Source: an uncultured Nitrososphaerales archaeon
GTDB taxonomy: Archaea; Thermoproteota; Nitrososphaeria; Nitrososphaerales; Nitrososphaeraceae
Assembly: GCA_963713605.1 (NCBI GenBank)
Contig: CAVQMO010000010.1
Coordinates: forward strand, 1,056,001-1,120,000
Reading direction: 5' to 3'
Length of the DNA stretch: 64,000 nucleotides
Shown here: positions 1 to 11,636 of the stretch, piece after piece
How the letters are laid out: the number at the start of each line of letters is the position of its first letter
Numbering within the stretch: position 1 is the stretch's first letter
Notes under the pieces: generated by a model
The model's input: only the letters and a program-made list of their open reading frames with translations
Databases searched by the model: none
What the model was told of the DNA's origin: nothing
Translations under genes and position numbers: made by a program

Positions 1-1
1 C

Positions 2-187
2 ACAGAGAAGTACGGTAATCAGCTTGTTCTGACCAGTGGTGCATCATCGGTATTCGAAATGGTATCAGGAAGATGTTTTGATGCATTACTCCAACTGTGT
101 GATATTAAGCCTGAGACGTATTGGAATAGTTTGAATAATTGGTTAGAACATAAGATTAGCATGAGATGTTATACCTTTGACGCTTAA
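2..187 (+). CDS. C-terminus of probable RNase P protein subunit Rpp30 (partial, runs off window start)
   Basis: Frame 2 reads TEKYGNQLVLTSGASSVFEMVSGR...DA*. The LVLTSGA motif resembles the PHP-like Rpp30 C-terminus, and it overlaps the start of a Pop5 gene as in the usual archaeal order. Confidence 0.6.
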   Translation, partial: TEKYGNQLVLTSGASSVFEMVSGRCFDALLQLCDIKPETYWNSLNNWLEHKISMRCYTFDA

Positions 188-515
188 GAGAAGATACAAG
201 CGTCGATACATAGTAGTATTATGTCGGTCCTCTTCCGAGGATCTTTTATCAGTAACAAGAGGTAGGGTGGTAAACATGTTCGGCCACGTTATGGCTCAAA
301 AGGCTTTCCTAAAATTAATAGATAAGATTGGGCCCGACTTACATGTGATCCGATGTAGGTCAGAGCTTTTAGGAGAGGTTTTGTGTGCATTAACTTTAAT
401 CGATACTGAACATTCAGCGGTAGTCTTAGATGTATCTGGGACATTACGGAGTCTGAGAGCTCGTGCTATGATTAAAAAAAATGTCCTGGATACTGTCTTA
501 GGTGCCAAGTACTAA
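177..515 (+). CDS. RNase P protein Rpp14/Pop5 family
   Basis: KRRYKRRYIVV N-terminus, IRC motif, VSGTLRSL C-terminal motif. Confidence 0.8.
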   Translation: MTLKRRYKRRYIVVLCRSSSEDLLSVTRGRVVNMFGHVMAQKAFLKLIDKIGPDLHVIRCRSELLGEVLCALTLIDTEHSAVVLDVSGTLRSLRARAMIKKNVLDTVLGAKY

Positions 516-636
516 GTCATAGATTGCACTTTTAAATTAGTAATCCAGTTCACTCTTTCAATCTCAATCACGTTCTACGCCAAATTGCAAGTAAACAAAA
601 TGGGACAATAGGCCATTCCCAAAATGTGAAACTGTA

Positions 637-802
637 TCCCGCGGGCAGGATTTGCCCCAAAATGCATTTCAGCATTCTTGATTGAGCCTGCGACTCTTCG
701 GTTACTGCTAGTATGTTAGCCCGATAGGCTGCTTCACGCGGTCAGCACCAACATTTGCCGACATCTACAGCCGAAAGCTCTACCAGGCTGAGCTACCGCG
801 GG
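637..802 (-). tRNA. tRNA-Tyr(GTA) with two introns: canonical 37/38 (703-764, 62 nt) and T-loop ~58/59 (652-681, 30 nt)
   Basis: Minus strand reads CCCGCGG TA GCTC AGCCTGGTA GAGC T TTCGG CTGTAG[intron]A CCGAA GAGTC GCAGG CTCAA[intron]AT CCTGC CCGCGGG A. Bulge-helix-bulge-like motifs can be drawn at both junctions. Confidence 0.88.
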
Positions 803-928
803 ATAATCCAATCGTTAAGTTCATGATATATAATTGTGATGCCGCTTGGTTGTGTTGTCTATATTTCATAATCATTTACATTGAAAGATGGCAGGTGAGT
901 CGAGAATTCTTTCGGGGGGGGCATGGCT

Positions 929-1877
929 TCAAGAAATCTTCTTGTTAATTTGTTCAAGAATATCCCTTGCGATATATGTGATCACTCTATCTGATCCCGC
1001 GCGTTTGACTGAGATCAACGTTTCAATTAACTCATCAAATCCGCCCCGTATTTGTCCCCCCACCTTCTCGCCGTTCAGAAGCATCAAATATTCTCCAGAC
1101 ACCACTTGAACTACCAATGGTACATCAATCATTTTTTTGACTTCGTACACTAAATCTAAATACCATAATGTCGGTTTGATCATCACCATATTCGCCCCTT
1201 CGTTGATATCTTGCTCAATTTCTCGAATGGCTTCTCTTCTATTAGAATATGGCAATTGATACGTTGATTTGTCAAATACCAGATTGTGAGTCTTACTCTT
1301 AGCGAAGGCAACCGATCTAAATGGACCATACAACGACGACGCATGTTTTGCTGAGTAGGACATTATTTTCACAGCTCCAAAACCACAAGAATCAAGGGAC
1401 TTCCTAATTGAATATACCTGCCCGTCCATCATGGATGAGGGTGCGACGCAATCGGCTCCACTATCTGCATGACTGATTGCTATTTTGTCAAGTAGTGCAA
1501 GCGATTTGAAATTATCGACGATATCATAAGTGTTGTCTGATATTCCGCAATGTCCTGAAAAATTGTACTGACATACACAGACATCGGTAATAACATTTAT
1601 AGTCGACCCAATGATCTCGTTTTATCTCTTTGGTAGCAATCTGAACTGCTCCAAATTTGTCTGCCGCTGAGGTTCCGTATTGATCTCTTTCAAAAGGCAG
1701 TCCGAATAGAAGGACGTCGGTGATTCCATTGTTAATCAGATCTTTCACAAGTAAACAGATCTCCTCATCCGAGGAGGCTAGTATCGGACCACCTTTTCGG
1801 ATGTCAAAAATGAGATGCTTCAAGCTCCTCGGATATACTAGAATAGGAATGATAAGGTCTGAGACCGTTAAGGACAC
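929..1877 (-). CDS. hemB: Porphobilinogen synthase (ALA dehydratase), split by frameshift(s)
   Basis: ORFs 1524-1877 and 929-1432 plus bridging sequence (GADCVAPSSMMDG); motifs IMSYSAK, YGPFR, MIKP, SGEY. Confidence 0.85.
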
Positions 1878-2074
1878 TTAACTACATAATTTCGACTACC
1901 CGCTATAATATCATTTCATTCCAAGTACTGAGTTGTCCGAGTCATCAAACTCAAGGTCAATAAAAAAGAAGTGGATAACGAGTATTAAGGATTCGAATCC
2001 GCATGCATATTTCTCGTCGTATCTGCGTGCAAAATGTTAAATATCTGATACCTCGATTGCCCATCGAAGGGATC

Positions 2075-2970
2075 ATGTTGAGAATTACAATTGGAATCCC
2101 ATCCTACAATGAAGGAGCAAGAATTATATCATTAATTAGATCGGTGTATGAAAGTACGCTCAATGGCGATGAAGCATTGATTACTGAAGTAATAATTTGC
2201 GACCATTCCTCCGACTCGACTCCTCAGATCATAAGGACATTTATGTCTCAACACCGTTACATACCGATACATTTTGTGCATCATGATGAAAGAGGAGGTG
2301 CCGCTTCCGCATGGAATGAAATTTTTTCCTTAGCTACAGGTGACATCATAGTGCTATTTGACGCCGATGTCTTGCCCGACAAAGAATGTATAAGTGAACT
2401 TGCGTCATGCATGGAGAATAACAAAGTAGAATTATGTGCATCTAACCCCATTTGCCTAAAACCAGGTTCCTCAGCCGCAAGAGCAGCTTCTTTCATCTCA
2501 AGTTGGTTAGAAACTATCAGAAAGCGTGGAGTCTCCCAATACACTGTTATGGGAAGATCGCTTTCTATACGTACTGACTTGGCCAAAAGGATTATCATTC
2601 CTAAAGAAACGATTGCAATCGACTTGTATCTGCAATGCAGAATTTTAGAAATGGGGTATCGCATCCTTTACAGAGAAAAAGCCAGGGTGTATTTCACACC
2701 ACCATCTACTATGAGGGACTTTGCATCCCAGGTCTTGAGGTCTAGGAATGGCCACAGACAAATATCCACTCAGGTAAGAGGGCGTAGGAATCAGTGCTTC
2801 GCCGTGGTCAGTTTTTACGGTGTCTATAAAGACTGCTTATGGCAATCCAACTAATGCTTTTTTTATGCTCCTATGTTCAAGCCTTCTCCCTTTCTATAGT
2901 TCGAGACTTCCTGGAGACTAATTCATACAAATGGACAATTGCGACCTCCACAAAAAGCCAGGCTGGATGA
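2075..2970 (+). CDS. GT2 family glycosyltransferase (probable frameshift near 2800; 3' end approximate)
   Basis: ITIGIPSYNEG, DHSSDST, LFDAD motifs in ORF 2003-2854. Confidence 0.8.
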
Positions 2971-3082
2971 CTAAGTAGCAATTTTCCTTCATTCAGAATT
3001 GCCTTTCCCGACTTAAAGTTCTAAAACGAAGTAACAAAATTTCGTAGCATATAAATACTTTCCATAATAAAAACCATCTGGG

Positions 3083-3690
3083 TTGGAGCACCAGCGAGAT
3101 AGTAATCAGAGTTACCTATGTATTCCGCACCATGCGAGCCTTGATATGGCTCTGGAAAAATGGAAGGGCTCCCAGAGACCTAAGAGGAGTGTACTTTGTG
3201 ACTGCAACGTTTACAGAAGAAACCAGGCTTTACTTTCCCGGCAGAGCAAATCATTATATCTTAATTTCCAATCTAGGTCAGCAAGACAAGGAGAATACAA
3301 CGGAAATAATTTCCACCCAATGAGAGACACGTATTTGAGTTCAAGATAACGACTACTCTCTTCGAAAGACTATGCGAGCGACTTAACTATGTTTCCATTT
3401 ATTTCATGAGGTACACATACGGGCAGAAAGAATTGATTGACCTGGCCAGTTCGATGGCCAAAAGAGACAGGGTAACAAAGGCCGCACTGGCGGAAATGAC
3501 AGTATCCTGTTCAATGAAGCCTAAATTTAGCTTTCCCTATTCAAGGAATCTATTGATTCTTGAGGTTGATGGTGGTCGTACTCATCAGAGCGATCAGCGG
3601 TATTGTGAAAGAACTAGAAGAGATGCAATCCGAAAGGGAATGTCCCTTTCTAACTTGTTTAGTTTTTCCATTCTAGAGGAATTTGAGTAA
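3083..3690 (+). CDS. Hypothetical protein, apparently one gene broken by indels
   Basis: Successive protein-like ORFs 3132-3323 and 3406-3690 after a TATA-like element at ~3050. Confidence 0.4.
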
Positions 3691-3743
3691 CTTAAGCAGA
3701 AATATTAAATATATCCCATCAGGTTCCTGATACCTGATCGACA

Positions 3744-4136
3744 TTGAGTAAGCCAATGGAATTAGGTAGCCTAAAAGTAGGATCCTATATAATAATCGAC
3801 GATGAACCCTGCAGAATAGTATCATACGACCATAGTAAACCTGGCAAGCACGGGTCCGCTAAGGCTCGAATCTCAGCGATTGGCGTTTTCGATGGTTCTA
3901 AACACAGTATGGTTTCCCCGGTATCTGCTAACGTTGAGGTGCCACTTATTGACAAACGAAGCGGTCAAATCATATCAATGTCTGGCCAGTCGCTACAAAT
4001 TATGGACCTTGAAACCTTTGAAGTATTCGAGACTGATGCCGCTGATGATGAAATGAAGGACAAAATCAGGCAAGGTGGCGAGGTTGAATACTGGAGAGTG
4101 CTGGAACGAATTAAAGTCGTGCGAGCGAAAGGTTAG
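3744..4136 (+). CDS. eif5a: Translation initiation/elongation factor aIF5A
   Basis: Hypusine motif SKPGKHGSAK. Confidence 0.97.
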   Translation: MSKPMELGSLKVGSYIIIDDEPCRIVSYDHSKPGKHGSAKARISAIGVFDGSKHSMVSPVSANVEVPLIDKRSGQIISMSGQSLQIMDLETFEVFETDAADDEMKDKIRQGGEVEYWRVLERIKVVRAKG

Positions 4137-4364
4137 AACGGACAGAGAGGTAATTCCTTGATGCGGGTATGCCCTTATTCCCAAGTACTTGAGTTCGAAA
4201 GTATGTTCTGCAAACCACCTAGATCAAACTAAATTTCTTGGAAACATTCAAATGACCTAATTCAAACACTTGCGTAATTCGACTCAAAAGGCACATGGTA
4301 AAGATCTCAACAATGAAGATGAAGCGCATCTATTACACGGTGTACATTCAAATTAAGATGACTT

Positions 4365-4710
4365 TCATATCGCCGCTTCACCTCTGGATTTTGACCCTAT
4401 GTCTACGGCATCATCTACATCGTATATGAATATCTTTCCTTCTCCCTTAAGTCCAGGTACTACAATTCTCCAGTACAGTGTTAACTATGCTTTCTACGGT
4501 TGATCTTGAGCCACGACTACCAATGTAGCGTTGAGATTGAATTCTGGGGTATAGGTGGACGTACCTCTCCCAGAATGTAATATCGGACGTGGGTTCTGCC
4601 CCCTACCCCTGGACTCGTAGTACGTGAGGCCTCCCAATCCCATATCCATTAGCGCCAGAGAGCACAAGTTCCAAACGTGCGTATGGCATTACTGCCTCTA
4701 TCTTTTTCAT
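4365..4710 (-). CDS. glnB: P-II nitrogen regulatory protein, frameshifted (absent from the ORF track)
   Basis: Piecewise translation MKKIEAVM...GLTYYESRGRGQ...GRGTSTYTPEF...GEGKIFIYDVDDAVDIGSKSRGEAAI*; needs ~3-4 indels. Confidence 0.85.
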
Positions 4711-4850
4711 AGATGGGGTCAACTAAACAATGACCTTTTATTAAAGTATTATGAGATTAGATTATGAAGGAAATTTAGAAATGACAACCTATTTGAAATC
4801 ATCAGTTAATTTGGCGCACCAAACACAAAAGGAAAACGTCGACTACAAAT

Positions 4851-5048
4851 TTGCTTTTTAAGAGAAATAAGTGCGAAGAATGTGGTAGATCCTTCAGAAA
4901 AATCGAAGAGTTAATGCAGCACCAACAAACCGTGCATGGAAAAGACAAATCTTATAGATGTAATTCATGCGGACTTGAATATTTTGGGATGGAACAGATG
5001 CGGGCTCACATCATGAAATTTCATCGCTACAACAATAGGAGAGTGTAA
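4851..5048 (+). CDS. C2H2 zinc-finger protein (two fingers)
   Basis: CEECGRSF...HQQTVH and CNSCG...HIMKFH. Confidence 0.85.
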   Translation: MLFKRNKCEECGRSFRKIEELMQHQQTVHGKDKSYRCNSCGLEYFGMEQMRAHIMKFHRYNNRRV

Positions 5049-5168
5049 TGGTTAGATCATGAGGTTGCAGAATGAAAAAACTGAAGGGAAAATATCCATA
5101 GAAGATTTATGTGTCATTTTTTGTTAAAGTAACAAACAATAAAATATTCGAAAGCTAGAAATCGGTTG

Positions 5169-5442
5169 ATGTCTAAAACTTGCATAAAGTGTGGAAAGGA
5201 TTTTGATGACTCCTCTATTACAGACCAGATTCTCCCAGAAGTATCCTTCATGTCCGACTTGTTGGGCCGAATGGAGCACTTATTCCGTGATGGTAATCAA
5301 CGAACTGAGGCTTGATATGTCTCTTCCCGAACATAGAAAAGCGTTACGCAAGCATGAAAGAATGTTCTTTGGATTGGAAAAGCCCGAGGAATTGCAAAAA
5401 AATCCAGACAGTAGGGGACAGGACAATTCAACGCAACACTAG
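5169..5442 (+). CDS. YggX-like Fe(II)-trafficking/oxidative-damage protection protein, frameshifted
   Basis: ATG at 5169 (MSKTCIKCGK) joins CPTCWAEW...MVINELRLDM...RMFFG. Confidence 0.75.
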
Positions 5443-5475
5443 TGCTGAGCGTACTTTCTTAGGCAAACTGAGCAT

Positions 5476-5874
5476 TTATCTACCTAGAGGTTGATTGAAT
5501 ACCACTTTAACAAGACAATCACGAAGGATAATCCTTTGATTTTCTTCTAACGATTGATAGGGTTCAAAGAGAACCATCAAAGCTAGTTCCTTTTCGCATA
5601 ATCTTTTATAAAAGGCAGCAAATACTGTCAAGATTATATTGCTCTCTAGCCTTGACACTTCAAGCTAGGTTCAAATTACCTTCATCAAGGGATCCTTTTC
5701 TGCTAAGGAAACACCGATTAATATCGAGTCCATAAATTCTTCCCGTGCACTTGGATCCTTGGCACAAAGTTCCTGAAGTCGGCTTTTCATCATCGACTCA
5801 CCTAAAAATTCAGGAATCTTCGACAATATTAGAACAATATTCTCGGTAGGGTATTGTTGTAATTCATCATGCAT
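5476..5874 (-). CDS. Hypothetical protein, two ORFs probably one frameshifted gene
   Basis: Adjacent co-oriented ORFs 5671-5874 and 5476-5658. Confidence 0.45.
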
Positions 5875-5973
5875 ATTTTAGTAATTTAGAAATCTTGCTT
5901 ATTAATGTAAGATGGTATTTCGCACAACAGTGCCATTTGCTTAAAATATCTGAGATCCTATCTATGAGACGGG

Positions 5974-6972
5974 ATGCCGTGCACAGTTATAGTAGGTGGA
6001 TTTTTCGGCGATGAAGGAAAAGGGAAAATTGTTGCATATCTAGCTAGGAAAGATAAAGCCGATATAGCAGTTCGAGGCGGTGTGGGACCCAACGCCGGAC
6101 ATACGGTAGTTTTCCATGGAAAAGAACTTAAGACTAGAATGCTACCCAGTGCGCTGGTAAGCAATCAAACCAGACTTATGATTGGCCCAGGAGTTCTTAT
6201 TAACGTGAACGTCCTCCTTGAAGAAATCAAAAATTTCAATACAAAAGATAGAACTTTTGTTGATCCTCAGTGTGGCATAATAGATAGTACCCACATTGAC
6301 AAGGATGCCCCCGATCCAAATCTAAATAGGATAGGAACAACTGGAACTGGAACAGGGCCTGCAAATGCTGACAGGGCTTTGCGCAAAGCCTTTCTTGCAA
6401 GGGATTCATCAGAGCTATCGGAATATTTACAGGACATACCTACTATCGTAAATAGTTCAATCGACAGTGATAAGACTGTTCTAGTTGAAGGTACACAAGG
6501 TACATTCCTCTCACTTTACCATGGGACATACCCTTACGTGACCTCAAAGGATGTGACGGCATCTGCTATATGTTCCGATGTTGGAATTGGACCAAAAAAA
6601 GTCAGTGAGGTAATGGCAGTGTTTAAGGCATATGTTACAAGAGTGGGATCAGGTCCCCTAGAGGGTGAACTAGGGCAAGAAGAAACTACTTCAAAAGGAT
6701 GGACTGAATATGGTAGTGTCACGGGACGATTGAGGAGAGCCTCACCTTTTAACTTTGAGTTGGCCAGGCGTTCGATAATGTTGAACAGCGCCACACAGGT
6801 TGCATTGACAAAACTCGATATTGTTTTTCCTTCTGACGCCGGAAAAAGGGAGTTCAATAATCTGTCCCATGATGCCAAAAGGTTTGTTAATAATATAGAA
6901 AAAGAAATAGGCCTAAAAGTGACAGTAATAGGAACCGGGCAAGAACTTGACGACATAATAGATTGCAGGTAA
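5974..6972 (+). CDS. purA: Adenylosuccinate synthetase (short archaeal type)
   Basis: GDEGKGK, GPNAGHT, EGTQG, TGRLRR, LTKLD. Confidence 0.97.
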   Translation: MPCTVIVGGFFGDEGKGKIVAYLARKDKADIAVRGGVGPNAGHTVVFHGKELKTRMLPSALVSNQTRLMIGPGVLINVNVLLEEIKNFNTKDRTFVDPQCGIIDSTHIDKDAPDPNLNRIGTTGTGTGPANADRALRKAFLARDSSELSEYLQDIPTIVNSSIDSDKTVLVEGTQGTFLSLYHGTYPYVTSKDVTASAICSDVGIGPKKVSEVMAVFKAYVTRVGSGPLEGELGQEETTSKGWTEYGSVTGRLRRASPFNFELARRSIMLNSATQVALTKLDIVFPSDAGKREFNNLSHDAKRFVNNIEKEIGLKVTVIGTGQELDDIIDCR

Positions 6973-7317
6973 TAGTTCAATCCAAATTTCTCCAGTTGAG
7001 TGTTCAAATTGGTTCGTTAAAAATCCGTGTTAGTTATATTCTCCCAAGAATCTATATCAGGACGCGTAGGCCCGGGTACCGATTTTGCATTTAATTCAGA
7101 GGGTGAGAGAAGACGCTTAACTATCCCAGTAAATTTCTAGTATTCATCTCCTCTAATCAATAAGAATGTTATCTACCTACACTTTGTCGTGCCATGCTGT
7201 CGTAAGGCTCCCACCGAGCAAATACAGAATGCCTCATCCTACCGTTTTCAATATCGCAGTATGAAAGCATCGTTTATCTTTTTCACATGCTTTTAATAGG
7301 CTCTCTGATGAATCTAT

Positions 7318-8022
7318 TTGAAATTGCGGATAAAATCTCCATGGTATGTTCAACTTTCTGGATTGAAGGACTTTGGCAGGCTTGTTTGTGCGCTGGAACG
7401 TGTACCTCTCCCGTCCTTTGCCCTTTCGTTGAATGGATCTTCGGCCTTGGCAGTTCAGGTCGATTTTGTGAATGGGAGACCTGTCATCTTCTTCGTGAAG
7501 AATGAGTTTGAGAGAGTTGGGGAGTATTTGGCGTATCGAATTGTAGGTGAAGTTGAAGAGATAACCCTCGTCGATTATGTTTCAAATCCCACCTTTGTCT
7601 ATTCTCCAATTGTAAGGATCGATAAATCTCCCAAGAGTTTTTCGAGATCAAGCAAGGTCACATCTACATTTGAGTATATAGCCATCAGGCTGATGGATCT
7701 TGCAAGTTTGGCCAAGGTGTGTGCCTACAAGACCATCTATGAAGAACCACCATTACCCCTTTTGGTATTTGAACAAAAAATCGAAAATGATATAAAGTAT
7801 ATCATAGGAGCACCAATGAGCGTGAGTGAGAGCGACACATTCTCTTATTTTTATTATGTAGTTTTGGATGAAAGTCCAGCCGCATCTTTCCTAAGATATT
7901 CAAGCCAGAAATCCGAAGCTACCTCATTTTACAATAGGATTGATGAGCATGGCTATATATATCTCAAGTTGATACGACTTGCGAAACCACACCCATTAGT
8001 GAGATCCCTTGAGTTTAAGTGA
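7318..8022 (+). CDS. Hypothetical protein
   Basis: 234-aa intact ORF overlapping the pyrF start. Confidence 0.75.
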   Translation: MKLRIKSPWYVQLSGLKDFGRLVCALERVPLPSFALSLNGSSALAVQVDFVNGRPVIFFVKNEFERVGEYLAYRIVGEVEEITLVDYVSNPTFVYSPIVRIDKSPKSFSRSSKVTSTFEYIAIRLMDLASLAKVCAYKTIYEEPPLPLLVFEQKIENDIKYIIGAPMSVSESDTFSYFYYVVLDESPAASFLRYSSQKSEATSFYNRIDEHGYIYLKLIRLAKPHPLVRSLEFK

Positions 8023-8770
8023 TGATTTCTCCTCTCGAATTTTGAGATCTTCCAAGAGAAAGCAAAGCAACATTATCTTGGCCCTCGATCCCGTCCGAAA
8101 AAATGACCTATCCAAATATTTGTATGAAACAATCAGTCTCCTAGAATCTGGTCTTTGCGCTATCAAATTCAACCTTCACGTAATCGTACCTCTCGGTCAA
8201 GATGAAATAACTGAAATTATACAAATGTGCCATTCATATGGCATGCAAGTAATAGCCGACATTAAACTTAATGATATTCCTTCGACCAATGAGATAGCCT
8301 TAGAATGCCTAATTGAAGAGGGTTTTGACGCAGTAATAGCGAATCCCATTATCGGTAGATTGGAGATAATTGAATTAGCAAAAAAAGCCCACTTATTAGG
8401 AGCAGGCATTTTGGCGCTAATCTACATGAGTCATCCTGGAGCCTCCCAAACATATGGAATCCGGGTTTATGATAAGACTGAAGAGAATGGAAATAGAATG
8501 GTGCCACTATATAGAATGCTTTTAAAGTATGCCAAAGAGGCAAGGGTTGATGGATTGGTGGTAGGAGCTACAAAGCCCAATGTAATCAAGGAAGTTGCAT
8601 CAGCAATGGCGGCACCGATTTTCTCTCCCGGCTTAGGACGTCAGGGAGGATGCATAACGGACGCCTCGAAGTATGGGATAGATTATTTTATCATTGGGAG
8701 AAACATAATTCAGAGTGCAGAACCATTGAAGACTCTGGGTTTACTTAAGGACAGCCTGAGAAAATGTTAG
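8009..8770 (+). CDS. pyrF: Orotidine 5'-phosphate decarboxylase
   Basis: IILALD, DIKLNDIPST, VVGAT, SPGLG.QGG, IIGR. Confidence 0.95.
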   Translation: MSLSDDFSSRILRSSKRKQSNIILALDPVRKNDLSKYLYETISLLESGLCAIKFNLHVIVPLGQDEITEIIQMCHSYGMQVIADIKLNDIPSTNEIALECLIEEGFDAVIANPIIGRLEIIELAKKAHLLGAGILALIYMSHPGASQTYGIRVYDKTEENGNRMVPLYRMLLKYAKEARVDGLVVGATKPNVIKEVASAMAAPIFSPGLGRQGGCITDASKYGIDYFIIGRNIIQSAEPLKTLGLLKDSLRKC

Positions 8771-8778
8771 GGCTACAT

Positions 8779-9207
8779 TCATAATGTCTGCTTGCCATTG
8801 ACAAACTCGTTTGCTGAGATGAGAATATCTCTTGCCGATCTGTATGTTAAAGTCGCTAAAGCTGAAGGAAAATCTACCCATAGAAAATCCTGGTGTTCAT
8901 TTGAGAGCCTAATATTACTGGTTGGTGTTTGGGCAAGGTAAAAGCTGACCTTCTTTTGTACCAATTTCCCATCTCGTCTATAATTATAAAATATTGCTTG
9001 GACAAATCCTTCCAAGAATCTCACGTCGGTTATTCCAGTCTCTTCGAAAATTTCCCTAATGACAGCTTCTACTTCAGTCTCCCCTGCTTCGACATTTCCT
9101 TTTGGGAAGTCCCAATGACCTGAAGCATAATGTAGCAACAAATACTTTCTTTCATCGCTTGCGAAATATCCAAAAAGAACTGCTCCTGCTGAATGCTCCT
9201 TAATCAT
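8779..9207 (-). CDS. Nudix hydrolase (Ap4A hydrolase-like)
   Basis: HWDFPKG and Nudix box GNVEAGETEVEAVIREIFEETG. Confidence 0.9.
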   Translation of the reverse strand: MIKEHSAGAVLFGYFASDERKYLLLHYASGHWDFPKGNVEAGETEVEAVIREIFEETGITDVRFLEGFVQAIFYNYRRDGKLVQKKVSFYLAQTPTSNIRLSNEHQDFLWVDFPSALATLTYRSARDILISANEFVNGKQTL

Positions 9208-9391
9208 TTTTTAGAACGTCCATAAACAGCTAAAGTTCAGTGTCAGTCTCAGTCTCTGTCCACAGAAGTACCTCCGATTATGAAGCAAATCCATTCTTCG
9301 CCTACGATAACTTCCATCGGGCAAGTTGGAATCGATGCAGCATTTATCCACAAAATTATAAATCACCGGGTGATACAAATTGCATAATTTT

Positions 9392-10201
9392 CTAAAGACC
9401 GTATTTTCTGACTCTGTTCTGATAAATTCTAATTGCTCGCATAAAATCAATTTTCCTGAACTGAGGCCAGAAAACATCCATAAATACGATCTCGCTGTAT
9501 GCGCTCTGCCATAACAGGAAACCACTGAGGCGCTTTTCTCCAGACGTCCGTAGAACAAGATCAGGCTCCGGTTGTGGTAAATGGGAAGTATAGAGGCACG
9601 ATTCAATGGTTTTTTCATTGATATCCTCCACCCTAATATCCCCCGTGACGGCCATAGCAGCTATTCGCCTGATCGCATCAATAAGTTCCTTTTGTCCCCC
9701 GTAGGCCACTGCTATATTTAAAAACATTGAGTCATATTCACAGGTTGCTTTTTCTAACTCGAATAGAATCTTTTGTAGCTTAGGCGGCACCAACTTTACA
9801 TTCCCAATTGCCTTTATCTTCATTCTTCTTTTATGAATACGCGAATCATTGTAAAGCCTTTGTAGTTTTATATGTAGAAGATCATAAATATTGTTGATTT
9901 CTTCATCATTTCTATTGAGGTTTTCCGTTGAGAGAATGTACAGGGTCGTAATCCGAATCCCAATGTCATGGATCCAATTGAGAAGCTCTTCGGCTTTGTC
10001 CGCGCCCACAAAATGTCCTTCATCTACATTTAGGAGATTTAGTCTCGCCCAACGTCTGTTTCCGTCTAGAATAATAGCGACGTGATTTGGTAACGGATTA
10101 TGTAGGATGTGTGATTGTAGTTTCCTCTCATAATATCGGTATAGCCCACTCAGTTGGAGAAGAGTTTCAGCAAATGCCTTCCCGTTCTCAATTGTCTGCA
10201 T
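9392..10201 (-). CDS. uppS: cis-prenyltransferase (undecaprenyl diphosphate synthase family)
   Basis: HVAIILDGNRRWA, STEN, RTSGEKRLSGFLLWQSAYSE. Confidence 0.95.
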   Translation of the reverse strand: MQTIENGKAFAETLLQLSGLYRYYERKLQSHILHNPLPNHVAIILDGNRRWARLNLLNVDEGHFVGADKAEELLNWIHDIGIRITTLYILSTENLNRNDEEINNIYDLLHIKLQRLYNDSRIHKRRMKIKAIGNVKLVPPKLQKILFELEKATCEYDSMFLNIAVAYGGQKELIDAIRRIAAMAVTGDIRVEDINEKTIESCLYTSHLPQPEPDLVLRTSGEKRLSGFLLWQSAYSEIVFMDVFWPQFRKIDFMRAIRIYQNRVRKYGL

Positions 10202-10273
10202 TGGAGCCTATCCAAGTTAGCGAAAGCCACATCTGCGATTTTATTGTTTGGACCTAATTTAGGATCAGTTAGC

Positions 10274-11456
10274 TTAGTGTTTCAGAACTTCTCCGCCCTT
10301 GCGATTTTTAAAGTCACTGTAACAAAAATGTAGCCGCAACAAGCGTAACTGCTAAACCAATCAGGATAGACGATATTAGACTGAAGGGATTTGCTCTCTC
10401 AGTAAGAATCGAAGTGAACTGAAGGACTGGAATATAAAGCAACGCTAGGACTACCAATCGGAGAATATCTGACATCGCCTTGATACTACCTTTGAACCAA
10501 TTGCTGAGCAGCGAACCAACAAATATAGTTGCAATACCAATCCACAGGAGTGTAATTGTGCCTTGGATAAAAGACCCGACTATCAGTCTATTCGTAAGTA
10601 TTGCGGTAAGGCCGGAATTAGGTTCGATGAGATTAGCGGGAATATTTGAAAATCCATTGACTATCGCAACCAAAATTATCAGTATTCCTGAGAAAACCGA
10701 AAATATTCTAATAAAACCAGAAGGTGTAGGCCTACCTAACGATCCGATTGCTTTATCTAAATCAAAGGCTCGCATAATAAAGGCAATGCCAAGAATGCTT
10801 AAGGCAAGGGCAACTGCTTCCTTGGTAAGCCCGAAAACAGTAGCGATCCCTGTCGCAACCAACAATGCTCCGGGAACACCCAAGAAGAATTTGGAGTATC
10901 TTGGATCATATACTAGCATTTTTACATATCTGCCTAGAACAGCATAGGAATACTCCACACTCCGGCTATGCTTTATTATTATCCGTTGGAGTGAAATAAT
11001 AGGCACTAGTGTTTGCAAAACAGGGATTACTGATTCATCATCTTCCCCGTCAGATACCAAAACAACCGCATCCGCTTGGTACGAATTGATAATTAGTTGA
11101 ACTTCTGAATAGATTTTTTCATCAGCCTCTATTCCTCTTTCATATCTTCCAGCAACCAATGCGACCTCAGCATTATGTCCTTTAGAAATCAACTCTTCAT
11201 ATGTTTTCACTGCTCCAAAGATTGCATTTGCATCAGGATCTTCTGGGTCCTCGATGGCCAAGCGTATCCCTGCATTTATGCATGAACTTCGTCCGACGAT
11301 AGGCGTCTGCAGTCCTCCCTTAGAGCCTATATCGTCATCTCTATCAACACAAAGGACAAGAATCTTGTTATGTGATGCAGGTTTCTTTATGATTTCCTCT
11401 GAGGATGAAAGTAGGCTCTTTCGATATCCTTTACTCTTACCGATCACATCTGACAA
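10274..11456 (-). CDS. DUF373 family membrane protein (last codons probably frameshifted)
   Basis: LVLCVDRDDDIG, DPEDPDAN, VSDGEDDE and multiple TM segments. Confidence 0.85.
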
Positions 11457-11636
11457 TTCGAGGGCACGTACAGATTACAAGAATGTTGAACCTCCTAATT
11501 AATCTGATCAAGAAGAGATTTGAGAAAAAAACATTTAACCGTGAAAAGAAAAAAATCGATGACGTTGATTTCTACATTATATGATCAAACTGCTTCATTC
11601 AAAGACGATAATTGATTTATTAACGTGTGACTTTAC

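Noticed and set aside
9211..9618. 135-aa ORF overlapping uppS
   Set aside because: Same-strand overlap in another frame with non-protein-like composition.
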